A DNA stretch of 64,000 nt from Ascoidea asiatica JCM 7603 (lineage: Eukaryota > Fungi > Ascomycota): the NCBI GenBank assembly GCA_001600695.1, contig BCKQ01000005.1:1107820-1171819 (forward strand). Direction: 5' to 3'. This document shows positions 12,217 through 23,505 of the stretch, piece after piece; position 1 is the stretch's first letter; every line of letters begins with the position of its first letter. The translations under genes and the position numbers were made by a program. Below the pieces are notes generated by a model. The model did no database searches and was not told the DNA's origin. It saw only the letters and a list, made by a program, of their open reading frames with translations.

Positions 12217-12927
12217 GATAATATAAATAATAAATTAAATAGTTATAATACTGGTAGAATTGTTAATGGTCATATACTTGGAATTAAAGAATATTTTAAA
12301 GAAAAAGGAAATATTAAAGATCTTGAATATACTCAAGATATTGAAGACAAAGAAGAAGTAGAAGAAGTAGAGGAAGAAAACATAGAAAAAGAAGAAAATA
12401 TGAGTGAAATAAGTAATGAAAGTACTTCAAGTTATAAAACTAATAAAACTACAGAATATTTTGATGATGATTATTTAAATGATATGACAAGTAAATTATT
12501 TAAATTAAATGATAAATCTATAACTTTAGTTGGTAATGTAACAAATAAAATTTCAATAATTTTAGATGATATGATTAAAAAACCAGAAATTTATATTGCA
12601 ATTAGTGAACATTTAAAAATTAATTGTAAAAGTTCAAAAATTTATTTAATTGCAACTCATGGAATTTTTTTAAATAATAGTTTTGAAATTTTAATAAATT
12701 GTAAATTTATTGATAAAATTATTATTACAAATACTTGTCCAATTTATATTAATGAAATTTTAATTAAAATTAAAGATTCTAAATTTAATTATAAAAAAAA
12801 TTTTATTAATTTAATTAATAAAAAATTAGAAATTATTGATGTTTCTGGAGTTTTTGCAGAATGTATTAGAAGAACTCATTTTGGTGAAAGTATTTCTGCT
12901 TTATTTGATAATATGATTCATTTATAA
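11566..12927 (+). CDS. PRS1: Ribose-phosphate pyrophosphokinase subunit, Prs1 type, divergent
   Basis: MRKCKVFIGSSHPEL, KFSNGET, MDLHAGQIQGFF.KPVDNL, GTKRVT.LAD, ATHGIF, FAECIRR.H.GESIS.LF; central low-complexity insertion at the position of the Prs1 non-homologous region. Confidence 0.9.
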
Positions 12928-13376
12928 TAATAATAATATTTATTTAATTTTTATATAAAGGTATACATACAGGTATATAGTTTTTTTAGACGACACCCAG
13001 TAATCTGGTTTCAATTTTATTTGTACACTCGTATCTTCGTAAACTACAGTAAAGTACAAATTTCAAAACCTTTGACATCCCTGCACCATTGCCCATTTGC
13101 ACTTGTAGCAGTTTTAATTAATTTAATTAATTTAATTAATTTAATTAATTAATTTAATTTTAAAGCTTATTTTGGTAATTATTATAATAGTCCGTCTAGT
13201 CACATGTCCTATTTATCCCACAAGAAATGGCCAATTAAAGATATTTCAATATCAAGCGGATCTTTCCGTGATCAATAAAATATTGGTCATCGCTTACCGT
13301 TAACCGTTGTGGTAGAACATTTGCCATTGTCTGGAAGCTAGCAAAATTTAGCCTGGAACTGCCCTTCGGAATTCAA

Positions 13377-13421
13377 TGGGGTTTTCACTGGGGGTTTCAC
13401 TGGGGTTTTCACTGGGGTTTT
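13377..13421 (+). repeat. 12-bp tandem array (TGGGGTTTTCAC) x3.7 in the CPH2 upstream region
   Basis: Read directly; four G4-5 tracts. Confidence 0.9.
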
Positions 13422-14232
13422 TCCCCGATGAAGTGAAATGCCGGAATTTGAACCGGAAGAGCTAAAGCCAAACCTGCGGGTCTTCTTCTTCTCGCTGTTT
13501 TCGGCGCGGCGCAGGCAGCAGAGGCAGGTCGCCCCGCGTACCGCCAGCAGAAAAACAGGTGTTAACAATTCTTCACCTTTGGTAAAATCACTCTTTTCTC
13601 AGTATTTTTGCGTGTTTTGCGTGTGTTCCGGTCCCAGGTGTAGAAGCAGTTCAGTTTTTCCCATTTCCTCTGTGTTAAAACCACCTTTAAAATCACACTT
13701 TCTTTTAGATCCTTCTGAATCGGTTCTTCCGCCGACAATTTTCAAATTACTTTCAATTTCTTTCACTTTTCGTAAATTTACATCCGTTTTTGTCTTTTTT
13801 GTCTTTTTTGTCCTTTTTCTCGAGAAATCAATAAGTAACTAAGTAACTAAGTAACTAAGTTAAAAATATAAAAATACTTTACTGAGTGTAGTTCGTATTT
13901 AATATACTCTTTACACTAATTTATCATCAAATTATCAATAATTTATCGCTTTTTTTTCTTCTCTTTAAGTTACCACTTTTTTTTATTTATAATTAACTAT
14001 ATTCTCATTGTTTAAAGACTCTTTATTCTCTTAATACAGCAAATATATTCTTATTATATCTTTTAATTTTGATACCTATATTCCTATTAATTATCCAAAT
14101 CATATATTATATTATATTATATTATATTAACTAATTTCTTTTCTTCTTTAAAAATTATTTAAAAATATTTTAAAAATTTTATTCTTTTCAAATAATCCAC
14201 CATTTATTTCTTCTAACTAACTATTTATTCAA

Positions 14233-17200
14233 ATGAATCAGACTGATGAAGTTTCTTATTCTTTCGATGATGCTGATAAATTATTAGAATGTTTAACAAC
14301 TGGTCAAGTAAATAATATTAATAACAATAATAATAATATCGATAATATCGATAATATCGATAATAATAATATAAATAACAATATAAATAACAATAAAATG
14401 AGTCTGATATCAACATCTTCAACAACATCTTCTTCATTAACTCCCCCCTCTGAATTTGATGATTATCCAAATTCCTTTAAATCTTCTCAATCTTCAAATG
14501 ATCCAAATTCTACATGGTCAAGTCCAAATATGATAAATAAAAATATTAATATAAATGATATAAATAATTTAAGTAATTTAAACAACTTAAATAACTTAAA
14601 TAACTTAAACAATATAAATAATATAAATAACTTAAGTGATATAAATAATTTAAATCTAGCAAATTTTTCTAATTTTACAAATTTAAATACTTTACAAAAT
14701 GATTCTATATTCAATCATCAAAATTCTATCAATAACAATAATAATAATAATAATAATAACAATAACAATAATGTTAGCGCTAACGCCAATAATAACAATA
14801 ACCTTGGCGTTAATAATAATAACCAAATTATATCTGATAATCAACAATATAATGAATTTTTAAATCTTGATTATGATATTAATTTAAACGCTTTATCAAA
14901 TGATTTCGATTTAAATACTGCAACTCCACCCCCAAAACAATCTATTCAACCTATTCAACCTATTCAATCTATTCCACCAATTCAAACTAATTTATCAAAT
15001 ACATCCAATAATCAACTTAATCAACTTAATCAACTTAATCAATCTATTCAATCTAATCAATCTAATCAACAACTTAATAATAACAATAATAACAATAATA
15101 TTCAAAATCATAATTTCTTTTTAACTTCTCCTGTTTCTATCGATACAAATAATTCCCCAATTAATACCAATTACATCACTTCAAATAATGATTTTAATAT
15201 TCCATTTAATGAAGATTTTCAAGATTTTAATAATAACATTAATAATAACATTAATAATAACATTAATAATAATAATAATAATACAATAAATAATGAAAAA
15301 GATGAATCTCAATCTCCTTTAACATTAAATGATTCTTCTTTACAAAAAGAAATTTCTTCAACTTCAGATTTAAATTTAAATTTAAAATTAAATTCAAATT
15401 CAAATTCAAATTCAAATTCAAATTCAGTTAATTTATCAAAATCTGGTAAAATTTCAAAACCAAAAAAAGATAGATCTTCTCATAATATGATTGAAAAAAA
15501 ATATAGAACTAATATTAATGCTAAAATTATTGCTTTAAGAGATGCTGTACCTTCTCTTAGAGTTACAGCTCATGGTGCTGATGAAGTAACTTTAGCTGAA
15601 TTAGATGGTTTAACTCCTGCAAATAAATTAAATAAAGCTTCTGTTTTAACTAAAGCAACTGAATATATAAAACATTTAGAAAGAAAAAATAAAATTTTAT
15701 TTAATGAAAATTTAGGTTTAAAAAATATTATTAATCAATTAAATACTGGTGGTGCTGCAATTATTCAAACTTTACCTTCAAATCATCAAAATAATAACCA
15801 TAATAATCAAGGTCATCAAAATCAACAATCACTGCACCATTCTGTTCAAAATCAAAATCAAAATCAAAATCAAAACCAGAACCAAAATAATAATCAAATC
15901 CAACAACAACAGCAACCTATGTTCTTTCAACATAATGTTAATTCAAATCAAATTCCTCTACAACAAATGAATAATTCTCCATCAATAATTATTGCTCCAA
16001 ATGTAAATTCAAATAATAATCAACAAAATAATCAATCTCCTTTAAATATGAATAATACTCCAAATAATAATAATAATAATAATATTAATAATAACAATAA
16101 TAACAATCAAGTAAATAGTTATATGATTCCAAATAATTTAAATATGAATATGAATATGAATAATGTTCATAATAAATTATTAATGGGTGGTTTAGCAACT
16201 GTTATTGGTGGAGGTTTATTTGAAAATAATTCAAATGATTTCCATGGTTTAAATGCATTACCAATTTTAAATAATCCTTTATTTTCAAAATTCTTCAATT
16301 TTTTTAAAATTTTAATGATTTCTTATACTTTAATAATTATTGGTTTACCTTATTTAAATGATTTTTTTACTCAAAATGAAAAAAAAAATAAAAAAATTTT
16401 AAATTCAAAAATTAATAATGATAATGATTCTTCAAAATTAAAATTAAAATCTTTTAAAATTTGGATTGAAACTTTAAAAGATTTAATAACTTGCAGAATT
16501 TTAAAAATTGAACCTTTAATTGATTCTGATAATGAAATTAATAAATTAATTTCAAATACTGATAAATTATTTTTATCTCAATCAATTTCAAATTCTTCTT
16601 CATCTTCAATAATATCAACATCAATAATTCCTTCAAATTATAATTTAATTTTATTTTATTTTAAACTTTTAAATTGTAATAAAAAATCTAATCTTAAAGT
16701 TTGTATTTATCAAATTATAGTTGGTAAAGTACTTACAATTAAATATCCAATTTTTTCTTTAATTTTAGGTGTTAATTTTACTATTCAAGATTCTTTAAAA
16801 ATTATAGAAAATAATTTTTATAATAAAAAATCTATTGATAATAAAAGTAAACCATTTTTACAAGATTTAAAATTTTTAACAAATTCAGAAACTATTCAAA
16901 GATTATGTAATATTTATTCTAAAAATGATATAAATAAAAATTGTGTAATTGGTTTTAATGATCAAAGTTTTGAAATGATTTCTACAGATTCAGTTTTAAA
17001 AACAGATTTAATTACTTTTACTAGAGGTTTAAGAGCTAATGAAATGTTAAGAAATGTATTAATTGAATATTTAGATTCTAAATTTGGATGTTATGATGAT
17101 GAAAATGATTCTGATATAGAAGATGATGAAAATGAAAATAATTTTAAAAAATTAGATATTTCTAAAACTGTTGATTTAATTGATAAAATTGCACCTGAAA

Positions 17201-17871
17201 GAAAAAATAGTATTGTTGGATTAAGAATTAAATTATTTCAATCAGTTTTAAATGGTGGTTGTACTCCAGAAATTTTAGGAATGGTTAAAAATGAACTTAA
17301 AGATATAAGTAATACTGATGCAGTAAATGGTAAAAAAAAGCAATCATATGAAACTGTACAGGAAATATCTAATATTACTAATAATATTAGATCACTTGAG
17401 ATAAATAAAAGTGAAAAAATCATAACTCCAGATGTTATAGTTCCTTTAACATGTTCTTTGATTGTTAAATATGCAAGTGAAAAAGAAGTTAATTCTTCAA
17501 TTGGATTAGTTAAATATTTACTTCATCATATTTATTATAAAAGAGCAGGTGGTTCAGTATTAAATTTATCTTTATTATTATTTGTATCAATTATTATTGC
17601 ATTAGAAGAAATTTCTAATGCATGTTCAAATAAATCATTTTCAATTAGTTCTGAAATTACCGATGAAAAAAGTGAACTTGATGTTGAGATATTTGAAAAA
17701 AATAGATTTTTCTTGGAAGATTTAGTTGGAGGAATTAGATTATTTATTGGTAATGAAACTAATCAACCTTCAGATGTGAGCGAATTAGATCTATCATTAA
17801 AAACAGAAATTAGTCAACAATTAATTGAATTAAGTAAAAAATTTAGTGGGATTGATTTAGATGTTTATTAG
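14233..17871 (+). CDS. CPH2: SREBP-family bHLH-Zip transcription factor (Cph2/Hms1-like) with membrane-anchor segments
   Basis: SHNMIEKKYRTNINAKI..LRDAVPSLR...KLNKASVLTKATEYIKHLE with the SREBP-diagnostic basic-region Tyr; hydrophobic segments LLMGGLATVIGGGLF and FFKILMISYTLIIIGLPYL follow the bHLH. Confidence 0.8.
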   Translation: MNQTDEVSYSFDDADKLLECLTTGQVNNINNNNNNIDNIDNIDNNNINNNINNNKMSLISTSSTTSSSLTPPSEFDDYPNSFKSSQSSNDPNSTWSSPNMINKNININDINNLSNLNNLNNLNNLNNINNINNLSDINNLNLANFSNFTNLNTLQNDSIFNHQNSINNNNNNNNNNNNNNVSANANNNNNLGVNNNNQIISDNQQYNEFLNLDYDINLNALSNDFDLNTATPPPKQSIQPIQPIQSIPPIQTNLSNTSNNQLNQLNQLNQSIQSNQSNQQLNNNNNNNNIQNHNFFLTSPVSIDTNNSPINTNYITSNNDFNIPFNEDFQDFNNNINNNINNNINNNNNNTINNEKDESQSPLTLNDSSLQKEISSTSDLNLNLKLNSNSNSNSNSNSVNLSKSGKISKPKKDRSSHNMIEKKYRTNINAKIIALRDAVPSLRVTAHGADEVTLAELDGLTPANKLNKASVLTKATEYIKHLERKNKILFNENLGLKNIINQLNTGGAAIIQTLPSNHQNNNHNNQGHQNQQSLHHSVQNQNQNQNQNQNQNNNQIQQQQQPMFFQHNVNSNQIPLQQMNNSPSIIIAPNVNSNNNQQNNQSPLNMNNTPNNNNNNNINNNNNNNQVNSYMIPNNLNMNMNMNNVHNKLLMGGLATVIGGGLFENNSNDFHGLNALPILNNPLFSKFFNFFKILMISYTLIIIGLPYLNDFFTQNEKKNKKILNSKINNDNDSSKLKLKSFKIWIETLKDLITCRILKIEPLIDSDNEINKLISNTDKLFLSQSISNSSSSSIISTSIIPSNYNLILFYFKLLNCNKKSNLKVCIYQIIVGKVLTIKYPIFSLILGVNFTIQDSLKIIENNFYNKKSIDNKSKPFLQDLKFLTNSETIQRLCNIYSKNDINKNCVIGFNDQSFEMISTDSVLKTDLITFTRGLRANEMLRNVLIEYLDSKFGCYDDENDSDIEDDENENNFKKLDISKTVDLIDKIAPERKNSIVGLRIKLFQSVLNGGCTPEILGMVKNELKDISNTDAVNGKKKQSYETVQEISNITNNIRSLEINKSEKIITPDVIVPLTCSLIVKYASEKEVNSSIGLVKYLLHHIYYKRAGGSVLNLSLLLFVSIIIALEEISNACSNKSFSISSEITDEKSELDVEIFEKNRFFLEDLVGGIRLFIGNETNQPSDVSELDLSLKTEISQQLIELSKKFSGIDLDVY

Positions 17872-18735
17872 ATTTCTTTTTCTCAAAAATGGTTCAACTT
17901 AATCAACCTACTAGATTTTTTTTCTGTTTTCTTAAATGCTCAATATTTTCTCATTCTATTTATTTTACCAATTATATATATATATTTATATTCAACTTTT
18001 TGAATTAATCAAGTAATGTTTTTTTCATAAGTGTTTATTGGTAAGGTAATACTCTTTTTTTTTTATTATTATTATTGTTAAGAATTCTGTCTTTTGAGTT
18101 TTTATTTATTCGTATTAATAACTTTTTTTGTTGCATTTTTTTTTTTTATACTTGGGTTTTTGTTAAAATTAAATTCAGTGTAATTAATTATTTTTTCATG
18201 TTCAAACATTTGTTTTTGTTTTATTAATCTTTTTGATATTTAGTGAATATTCCCAATTTTTCTTTTAATGTTCTTTAAGATAACTTTTTTTTTAATTATT
18301 TACTTACTTATTATTATTATTATTATTACTATTATTTTATTCTCTATAATCTATATTATTATCTTTTAAATCCATTCGAATAAATTCATATGCTTATTAG
18401 TGATATTCCGATTTCGTTATAAAATACCTATTTATTGTACTTCGAGTATTAAATTCACCAAATACTCCATTGTTATTAAGTTAAGTAATATGAAATCACA
18501 AACTCATTCAATCACGACCCACCAGAGTGGTAACAACCTTACTCAAAACCACTAATATGGATCTAGTAAATAAATACATCAACATACATAGACCAGAGAT
18601 GTGGATGCAATGTGAAACAATGTGTTTTGACGTAGTCAAACCTCATCTTACAGACTAATACTTTTGACAACATTGAAGTACAGTCTTTCAAAATCTAGTG
18701 GCGAGTGTGATGGTGGGTGGCGTGTGCAGAGGAGC

Positions 18736-18788
18736 CTGATCTCTCTGTGGCTGATCTCTCCGTGGCTGATCTCTCCGTGGCTGATCTC
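18736..18788 (+). repeat. 15-bp tandem array (CTGATCTCTCYGTGG) x3.5 in the GAPDH upstream region
   Basis: Read directly. Confidence 0.9.
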
Positions 18789-19183
18789 GGCAGTGGCACC
18801 AGGTGACTGTATCTGAACTTGTCGCGTGGAGTGGTGCTGCCAGTTCCACCGGCCATATGGCTGGTCTGTTGCTCTTATCCATTTGGCACTGGCAGTAATG
18901 GCATTTTGCATTTGTTCCTTGGGCTTCTGTTTCCCACCAATCGAGATCTTTCTCCATCTCTGATTCTAATTCCAGTTCTAGTTCAACTCAATTCAATAAA
19001 TATAAATTAAGCAGCGAATCTCCATATAATTTCAGTTTCATCTACCTTCATATCCACACTATTATTTATTATTTTATTATATCTATTACATATTATATAT
19101 TCAATTGATTTAATCTTTCAATTATCTTTATAATATTATTATTTATTCAAATCTCAATTATCTTTATAACTCAATTAATCTAA

Positions 19184-20221
<1,038 letters not shown>

Positions 20222-20486
20222 GTTCTTTAATAACTTATTATAATTTATATACTTTATACACATTTATATATATATATATATATATATTCCCTTATAATTA
20301 ATGTTTTTTATTAATGTCTTAAAATTATATCGTAAATCTATTAATTATTGATTCTCTTCAATTGAATTGAAAATTAATTCCATATAATGTATATCTTCTA
20401 TAATTTTATTATAAATAATGTAGAAATATAAATTATACAATTAAATAACATTAACTAACTATATAAATAACAATAACTAAATACAT

Positions 20487-23027
20487 TTAAATAACTAGCT
20501 TTTCAATTGAATATTTTCCAATAGTTCTTTCATCATTATTATTATCATTCTCTTTTTTCTTAAGATTTCTTAAATTAAATATATCAAGCATATAACTTAA
20601 TTCATCTTCTTCTTTATTTTCTTCTTTTTTAATGCTAATACCATTCTCGTTTTTACTTTTATTTTTATTCTTTTTCTCTTTCTTCTTATTTTTTTTCTTT
20701 TCCTTTTTACCATAAACTTCTAAAATATCTTCACTGATTCCAATTAAAATTTCACTTGATATTAAACTTTCAATTCTTAATTCACAATATAATATCATCA
20801 TTTCAATAAAATAATTATCATTATTAAATTCAATCTCTTTTAAATTATATTTATTCTTAAATTTAATTTCATTATTTTTAAATTCTTTATCAAAAAATTC
20901 TCTTAAAAATTTTTTTTCATCTAATTTAAAATTTAATTTAAATAATAATCCTTCACTATCAATTAAATTATTTAAAATTTCATTACCTTCATTTAATTTT
21001 AAAATTAATATTAAAATTTCTTCAATTCTAAATTCATCATTTTTCTTATTATCTTTAATTAATTCATTTAATTTATTTGTAATTGAATTATTTGAAAAAT
21101 CTTCAATAATTCTATTAATACAATAAATAAATAATTCATTTTTCCAATTTTCACTTTTATTATTAATTTCTGAATTTTTACTTAAATAACTTAATAATTC
21201 TAATAAATCTTCACATTTTAAAAATGGACAAGTTAAAACTGCTTGACTTAATAATCTTGGAAATTCAATTAATTTATTTAATAATTTATCTGTTGAATAT
21301 TTCTTAGGAAATAATGGATGATTTAATAAATATAACATTGAATTTTCTGGTAAAAAACTTTCATTAATTGGAAATATTATACTTAAAATCTCTTCAATTA
21401 AATCACTGGTTAATTCTTTATCTTTTTCTTCTTCATAAATTAATTCTTTATCCTCAATTTTTATTAGATTTTCATTTTTTTTAACAAACTTTAGAAATCT
21501 CAAATCAAATTTTTCTTCTTCTTTTGAATTTCTTATTTCTTTTAATTCCTTTAAAAACGTTTTAACTTCAGTTTTCAATTTTTTATTTTGATGATTAATT
21601 GATTTAATTAATTTTTTATCTTCCATTACTGATAAGTTTTTTGTATTTATTAATTGTGGTGAATACATTAATTCCAAATTCTGGATTTTAACTTTAGTTT
21701 TCTTTTCTTTTTCGTTTCCTTTTTCATTGACTTTTTCTTCTGTTTCCATATCAATATCTTTATTCTCTTTAATATTATCTGATAAAGCATTACTTTTATT
21801 ATTATTCTTTAACTCTCTTTCATAAACATTGAAAATACTTTTATTCAAAGATTCAATCAATTTCCCAGTACCTGTATTAATTCCCATGTAATCTAATGAA
21901 AATGTATTATCATTATTATTGAATGACATTAGGATTGAAAATGTATTAGAATTATACCTTGAGCTACCTAAAACTGGAACTGTACTTAATCCATAATATC
22001 CAGATATTTTAGAATCCTTTGATTTATAATAACTTAAAAGTGAATTAAATTTAACATCAATTAAATAAAAAATATCCATTATAGTTATTAATATTCTTGA
22101 AGGAGCAGGTGATAATATAGAATTTGATAGTTTTATATTATTATCCTCAATATATTCTTTATTAAGTTCAAATAAAAATGATAAATCAATTTCTTTTTCT
22201 AAAGTATTTTTAGTTAATGAATATACTAAAATTTTCTTAAGTATTGGTGATAATTGATATAAAATTCCAGAATTAAAATCAAATGAACAATTTTGAATTA
22301 TTTTTTTTGTAAATTGATTATCATTTTTATTGATAATTTTATTCGAAATTTCTATACCATTTTCATTATTTAATGAAATAATCCTACTAGATAAAATTTT
22401 CGTATCAATATTATAAACGACTACTAATAAAAACCCATCTCTTGTTTTGAAGTTTTCACTAGAACCTCCAATAAAAGAATTTTGAAAAAATTTATGAAAT
22501 ACAATAATTGAAGACGAATCTAATAATGATGTTGCTAATTCCCATACTTTTGTCTTTGACTCAAAATTATAACACGAAATAATATTATTTAGTGATAAAG
22601 CATATACAAATTTACCACTTTTTGAAAAACTAACACCTTCAACTTGATGTTTTAATTCTATCTCAGTTTGTTTCAAATCATTATCTTTTGGATCTTTAAT
22701 ATTTGAGATTGATTTAGATTTTGAGAAAAGCATTAGATAATTTTTGCTTTCACGATTCGTCAAGGAACAAACGAGATTATTGTTATTTTCATCTTCATTG
22801 GAAGAAGATATACAATTCACAGTAACTCCTAAAGGTAAACCATAAGACCAAAGTAATTTAGGAGTTGGTTTTAAAATATATGTTGATATTGAAGATGAAG
22901 AAATTCCAACAGTAATTGAACTGCTATTTGAGTCTTTTACGCTAGAGACTATAACCCTTTTATTCAAAGGCACTGTTGATATTCTTGGTAAAGGTGCTAT
23001 CTGGTATGGATCAACAAAATAAGACAT
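20487..23027 (-). CDS. UTP8: U3 snoRNP (UTP-A) subunit Utp8
   Basis: N-terminal P..IA.LP.I...ITVGISSSSIS.YILKPTPKL resembles Utp8; C-terminal YSIEKLVI; first ATG at 23027 (track start is a non-ATG codon). Confidence 0.8.
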   Translation of the reverse strand: MSYFVDPYQIAPLPRISTVPLNKRVIVSSVKDSNSSSITVGISSSSISTYILKPTPKLLWSYGLPLGVTVNCISSSNEDENNNNLVCSLTNRESKNYLMLFSKSKSISNIKDPKDNDLKQTEIELKHQVEGVSFSKSGKFVYALSLNNIISCYNFESKTKVWELATSLLDSSSIIVFHKFFQNSFIGGSSENFKTRDGFLLVVVYNIDTKILSSRIISLNNENGIEISNKIINKNDNQFTKKIIQNCSFDFNSGILYQLSPILKKILVYSLTKNTLEKEIDLSFLFELNKEYIEDNNIKLSNSILSPAPSRILITIMDIFYLIDVKFNSLLSYYKSKDSKISGYYGLSTVPVLGSSRYNSNTFSILMSFNNNDNTFSLDYMGINTGTGKLIESLNKSIFNVYERELKNNNKSNALSDNIKENKDIDMETEEKVNEKGNEKEKKTKVKIQNLELMYSPQLINTKNLSVMEDKKLIKSINHQNKKLKTEVKTFLKELKEIRNSKEEEKFDLRFLKFVKKNENLIKIEDKELIYEEEKDKELTSDLIEEILSIIFPINESFLPENSMLYLLNHPLFPKKYSTDKLLNKLIEFPRLLSQAVLTCPFLKCEDLLELLSYLSKNSEINNKSENWKNELFIYCINRIIEDFSNNSITNKLNELIKDNKKNDEFRIEEILILILKLNEGNEILNNLIDSEGLLFKLNFKLDEKKFLREFFDKEFKNNEIKFKNKYNLKEIEFNNDNYFIEMMILYCELRIESLISSEILIGISEDILEVYGKKEKKKNKKKEKKNKNKSKNENGISIKKEENKEEDELSYMLDIFNLRNLKKKENDNNNDERTIGKYSIEKLVI

Positions 23028-23505
23028 CTTTGGTATTCTTGCTGAATTAGACGAAACTAATGTTATCAATTTATTGCTATTATCACTAAAATTTCTTGGA
23101 AATCTTTTTTTTGAATCTTTTTCAAAATAATTTTTTTTTACTTTTCAAAAAAAAAAAAGTATAAATTTAAAAGTGGCGGTGAACCCAAATCAGGAAATCG
23201 AAGTTGTGGCTGACCGTAGATGTTTTTCATTTTATTTAAAAAAGTTTTTTTTGGGAAGCGATGATTAAGAATATTTTGAAATATTGTTGAAAAATGTCTC
23301 TGTGATAACGTCATTTATTTAATTGTGATTTAGAATTGTAATCTAAAGAATGGTAATAAAAAGGAATCTATAAAAAAAAAAAATTTTAGGCAATTTTGAA
23401 ATATACTACTAAAAAATAAATGCAATGAGTGAATAGATATAAAACTACAAAGTATGCTAAAACACGGGTAAATATACAGGAAAATATTGAAATTATGAAT
23501 CAACC

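Noticed and set aside
13338-13842. ORFs 13338-13568 and 13438-13842
   Set aside because: By-products of the GC-rich promoter island and its tandem repeats; no recognisable domain and atypical codon usage.
18648-19010. Overlapping short ORFs upstream of GAPDH
   Set aside because: Their repeated peptides merely translate the 15-bp array in a stop-poor GC island.
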